A stretch of DNA of 59,710 nt, filler included, from Stramenopiles sp. TOSAG23-6 (lineage: Eukaryota), in the NCBI GenBank assembly GCA_900128565.1. It is 3 parts of 3 records of this genome, joined end to end, with 100 filler letters (N's around TTAATTAATTAA, not from the genome) between each part and the next. Parts side by side here need not be neighbours in the genome. Positions count along the whole stretch, not along the records: positions 39,910 to 59,710 come from LT636045.1; 2 more parts are not named here. One strand, given 5' to 3'. A model generated the notes under the pieces. It was not told the origin of the DNA. It worked only from the letters and a program-made list of their open reading frames with translations, and ran no database searches. This document shows positions 55,864 through 59,710 of this stretch, in pieces; position 1 is the first letter of the stretch; each line of letters starts with the position of its first letter. The position numbers and the translations under genes were made by a program.

Positions 55864-58800
55864 TTATAGATCTTCCATTACATCCGCACCTGCTCTCCAA
55901 CCGCAGTAAGGACACCACATGCTCGGTTGAATCATTTCATGTTTATGAGACTTTATACGCTCTAATATTGATTTTATTTTGTTAGTTGCCGCGACTGTTC
56001 GATCGCCTATCAAACCTCTTTCAAGAAGCATTGCTTTATGTTCTCTCGCTTTTTTTAACTCACTCCAAAGTAATTTCACACAATTTCGTAATCTATCACT
56101 TCGAGTTTTCAATTCTTCGTCAGTTAAACCAATGCAAAAACTATTGTGGACGCTGAAAATAAGTCTACAATATGGACTTCCGCATCTTGCCCATCTTTGT
56201 AGATCATTCCGAAGAGAAATCGCACGAATGTCGTCTTCTGCTATTTTTTGGAACCCAGGAATATCTGATATACTACTAAATGTAGAATTTGGCTTTGATG
56301 CTTTGAAGCACTGATTGAATCGGAATTTGCGGTATAATGGTTTGTCTCGGTCATCTTCACACCATCCTCCATTTATTTCGGTAGGAGAACCATCTCCCCA
56401 ATAGTATAACTCATTATTAAGTTGAGGGATCGAATGTGTATCACATGTTTCTTCTTTGTCCATGTGCTTACTCTCTTTCATATCTTTAGTGTCTTTATTT
56501 TCTTCATTGATTTCTCTGTTACTTTCATTTACACGCATAGCAATTTTGACATCTATCATCTGTGATAGTTTATGAGCTTCAAGAGATTTTGATATTTCGT
56601 CCATCTTTTGCTTGTTGAAATTTGACAAGGGACCCAATATATTATTTGTATCGCTTTTAAGAACTTTCTCTTCTGGCGTTTTGACCTTCCCGTGTTTTTG
56701 AATGTAAACATCTTGGGATGTTTCATTAGAGTTCTTAAATGAAATAATTGGCGATTCAATACCACCTTTAGTGCCCTCACTATTTTCTATATGTTTCAAA
56801 AGCGTTTTCGACACCTGATCATTAAGTTTCTCTGCATTTTGTAAATTTTGTAGTGTCTTTTCATTCTCTGTAAGTGGTCGCAAACCTTGATGCATTGGAA
56901 TTTCTGCGATACCTTCATTTGTCAATGATGGAGGCAACAAAGTATGTTTTTCATCTTTATCTTTGTATTTGTTTACTTCCTTTGGGTCTTCTTTGTTGAA
57001 AGCAGCAGAAGATAATTCTAATTTATTCACATTATGATCTGTATCTGTTGTACTTTGTAGCATTGGTAAAGACTTTGATTGTGTATCGATAACAGACTGA
57101 ATACCCAAAATTTGCATTTTACGTTTTTTTCGTAGCTCTGCAGCCATCTTGTTTTTCTTATTTGCCAATTTAGATCTGCCATTTCCAACCTTTTGTGTTG
57201 CTATACTTTCTTCAATTTGCCGGTCCCTTTCTTTCTTTTGTTCGATTTTACGTTTATTCTTTTCTAAACGATCCTTTCGAGCCTTCTTTCGAGCCTCTGC
57301 ATGCTTTTGGGCGCGTTTTTTACGAATTTCTTCGTTTTTCTGTCGCTCATTTGTTTCTGCTTCTCGGAGTGCATTTTCAATCTTTTGTTTTTGGGGATTT
57401 ATAGAACTTTTTGTCGATGCTGTTTCCATTGACGATAAATTCTCAACGTGCCCCCCACTTTGATTTTCACTCGGAGGCGTGTCTGGTGTTCCAGCATACT
57501 CTGCAACTACAAGTGCGGCCTTTTCTCTTAATGATAAACATAATGCCTCTTCATCCCTTGCTTCTTTAATAGCAACTTTTTTTCGTTTCTTCTGAGCATT
57601 TGTTTTGAGAGTTTTCAATTCTTTAACCAATGCAGCGCGTTTATCGATTGCTACTTGGTGTCTTGCCACACACGCTGCAAAGTGTGCTACCGACGAAAAT
57701 TTCATTGCATCAACAGCACAAATTACCGAAGCCGACGCAGCCTTGGCTGCAGCAGTTGAAATCTCTTTCTCAAGCTTAGAATTATCAACCTTTGGAGGTG
57801 GCGGAGTTGGTGGTCGCGGGGGTGGGGGTAACGGAGGCTTGCCTGGTACAGTATACACTTTTACTACTTTATATGGACAATGTAAAATATCTGTGACGAC
57901 CCCAACTACATTATGATCCAACCAACGGTGGTATTTTCTTGATGTTTCTGTAGGTCGCGACATGAGGGATTTATAATTATTAATTGCAGCTATAACACGT
58001 TTTCTATGATGAATAAATGCATCAGATAAATGATTATATGAAGATTGAAATTTTCTTTCATCGCTTTCATTTTCAAATTTGGGAGCACAATCATTTGTCT
58101 GAAATTGTTCATTGCTTTGAGCTTTCATTTTACCATTTGATTTGGAAATACCATTCTTGACTTTTTGTTCGAGTACACCGGTGTCGTTATCGGGTTTAGC
58201 CTTATCACCAACGTATGACATATCTTCTTTTGAATCAAAAACCACTTTACTACTTTCCACTTTTATATTACTATTTTCTTTCACATTTAGGTTTACTTTA
58301 TCTGCTGTAAAACTTTCATCAACTGTTGTCGCATCATCGATAGTTTCTTTCACTAAAATATTATCTACGCTAACTTTATCCAATTGATCATCTTTCACTG
58401 AAATATTATCTATGCTAACTTTATCTAATTGATCATCTGCCCAAGCAAAAATATCTTCAAAATCTGAGACATCTATAAGGATATGCGAGATACGCCTTAA
58501 ATTTACACTAGCAAAAACCGCTGCACCCTTTGCTACCATAGCAGCCGATGAAAGTGCCGATTTGACCAATTTAGTCTGTTCTAACTTTATCTTCTCTCTA
58601 TGTTTTTTTCTCATAATTGCAAAATTCTTACGAGCAGCTCGACCACGTTGAATTGATTGTATAACTATAATTTTATATATTCTAAAGTTTTCCAATGCTT
58701 GTTGCCGTTCCTTCTTCCATTCATTATGTGCATCAGGAACGTACTCAATCTCCAATTCACCCGTGTGATCAGAGAAAGAAATAATATCCCCAATACACAA

Positions 58801-58947
58801 ACTTATGTCTTCAGCATTTGTACTACTGGAATCGTGCATTCGTATCCATACTGGGTGACGATCTCTGAAACAAGCTTTACATGATTTTTGATTGTCTTTA
58901 TTTGGGTACTTGCAGGAATATCGCTCAGAAGACCTTGAAGATGCCAC
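55864..58947 (-). CDS. Hypothetical protein with IQ motif, coiled coil, poly-Pro and Cys-rich termini
   Basis: 1027-aa ORF; IQSIQRGRAARK; CxxC motifs at both ends; start uncertain. Confidence 0.6.
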   Translation of the reverse strand: MASSRSSERYSCKYPNKDNQKSCKACFRDRHPVWIRMHDSSSTNAEDISLCIGDIISFSDHTGELEIEYVPDAHNEWKKERQQALENFRIYKIIVIQSIQRGRAARKNFAIMRKKHREKIKLEQTKLVKSALSSAAMVAKGAAVFASVNLRRISHILIDVSDFEDIFAWADDQLDKVSIDNISVKDDQLDKVSVDNILVKETIDDATTVDESFTADKVNLNVKENSNIKVESSKVVFDSKEDMSYVGDKAKPDNDTGVLEQKVKNGISKSNGKMKAQSNEQFQTNDCAPKFENESDERKFQSSYNHLSDAFIHHRKRVIAAINNYKSLMSRPTETSRKYHRWLDHNVVGVVTDILHCPYKVVKVYTVPGKPPLPPPPRPPTPPPPKVDNSKLEKEISTAAAKAASASVICAVDAMKFSSVAHFAACVARHQVAIDKRAALVKELKTLKTNAQKKRKKVAIKEARDEEALCLSLREKAALVVAEYAGTPDTPPSENQSGGHVENLSSMETASTKSSINPQKQKIENALREAETNERQKNEEIRKKRAQKHAEARKKARKDRLEKNKRKIEQKKERDRQIEESIATQKVGNGRSKLANKKNKMAAELRKKRKMQILGIQSVIDTQSKSLPMLQSTTDTDHNVNKLELSSAAFNKEDPKEVNKYKDKDEKHTLLPPSLTNEGIAEIPMHQGLRPLTENEKTLQNLQNAEKLNDQVSKTLLKHIENSEGTKGGIESPIISFKNSNETSQDVYIQKHGKVKTPEEKVLKSDTNNILGPLSNFNKQKMDEISKSLEAHKLSQMIDVKIAMRVNESNREINEENKDTKDMKESKHMDKEETCDTHSIPQLNNELYYWGDGSPTEINGGWCEDDRDKPLYRKFRFNQCFKASKPNSTFSSISDIPGFQKIAEDDIRAISLRNDLQRWARCGSPYCRLIFSVHNSFCIGLTDEELKTRSDRLRNCVKLLWSELKKAREHKAMLLERGLIGDRTVAATNKIKSILERIKSHKHEMIQPSMWCPYCGWRAGADVMEDL

Positions 58948-59710
58948 TCTAAACCAGTTGGACCTTCGTAGTCTTCAGTTCCTTTTTTCAACGAAGTCAT
59001 CACTATCGTAATAATCTAAGGCGTTTCTTGAACTTTGTAGATAATATTGAGGAGTAAGACTTGTGCAATACCGTGAGTAAGTAATCAAAATAAAAGAAGC
59101 AACGTTTGCCGCATTTGAAATCAAATTGAAATATACAGATTTCAAAAGAAAAATGTAACTTGAATTTCAAGCCCTTGTAAAAGATGGACGAGGATGGGTT
59201 CAATAACAAATTTTATTGATGAAACGTTAATTAATAACGGACTTGTTAACTGCTCGTAGCTCGTGTCGGTGTGTATCCCGGTATTTTGAAACTCGGTCTA
59301 GGATTCTCAGCACAAATTTAAGATTTAAATTTTTTAAATATAAAGTTAAAGAGTATAGTGTAATTTGACCATTATTATCTAAAATGTACTACATCTGTTT
59401 TTTGCTACATTGTCGTATATTCTTTTTTAATGTTATACAGACGCATTTTTTTGGAAAATATGTTTTTTTTTTGTAGTTTTTGTATTCAGAAAGCAAAGTT
59501 AAATTCTGATTAAATTCGCGCCGTTGAAGTCTAGTTGAAGTGATGTTTGATTCTTAAGAATATCCTCCATAGCATAATAAGTACATGGATTCTCTAATAA
59601 GGAGGTAGTGAGTGTATTTATGTAATATAGAATAGTATCAGCTCGGCTTAGTTGATGGTAGGTTTCACGTGGGGATAACTGCGTTCGCAAATCTTCTTCT
59701 AAGTATTTAG

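Noticed and set aside
59440-59690. Possible exon and degenerate element at the window end
   Set aside because: Only weak similarity to the element's 3' end; no donor or branch motif could be fixed.

Overview
AT-rich eukaryotic DNA, probably from a flagellated protist (vasohibin, MORN/IQ proteins, an ODA-docking-like coiled coil, TTAGGG-type repeats); I cannot name the lineage. The window is three ~19.8 kb contigs joined by artificial N-TTAATTAATTAA-N linkers (19860-19959, 39810-39909) and holds about 25 protein genes. These include DNase II, vasohibin, a four-repeat cation channel, PIG-Y, diacylglycerol kinase, a CAMK-group kinase, TesB, a Trf4/5-like nucleotidyltransferase, Vps39/TGFBRAP1, POLD2 and oligopeptidase B. 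The main signal is a family of ~35 related insertions, mostly 89-134 nt (consensus GTATGTTTTATTTTTTTTCAAATTCGAATTTTTTTTCGTACGAAATTTTGTACCTAACGATTTTTTTTTGAAATATTTTTCCAAAATACAT). Every copy I could place interrupts a coding sequence in the sense orientation, starts with GT, and most carry a CTAAC branch-like motif. Restoring the host reading frames needs a non-canonical 3' end. Of 30 resolvable copies, 24 are GT-AT, 4 GT-AG, 1 GT-AC and 1 GT-AA, and 21 of 30 are preceded by exonic AT. The layout AT|GTAT...ATAC|AT fits an introner-like MITE whose AT target-site duplication serves as the splice acceptor. All splicing is inferred from reading-frame and motif restoration by hand; no RNA data were available.
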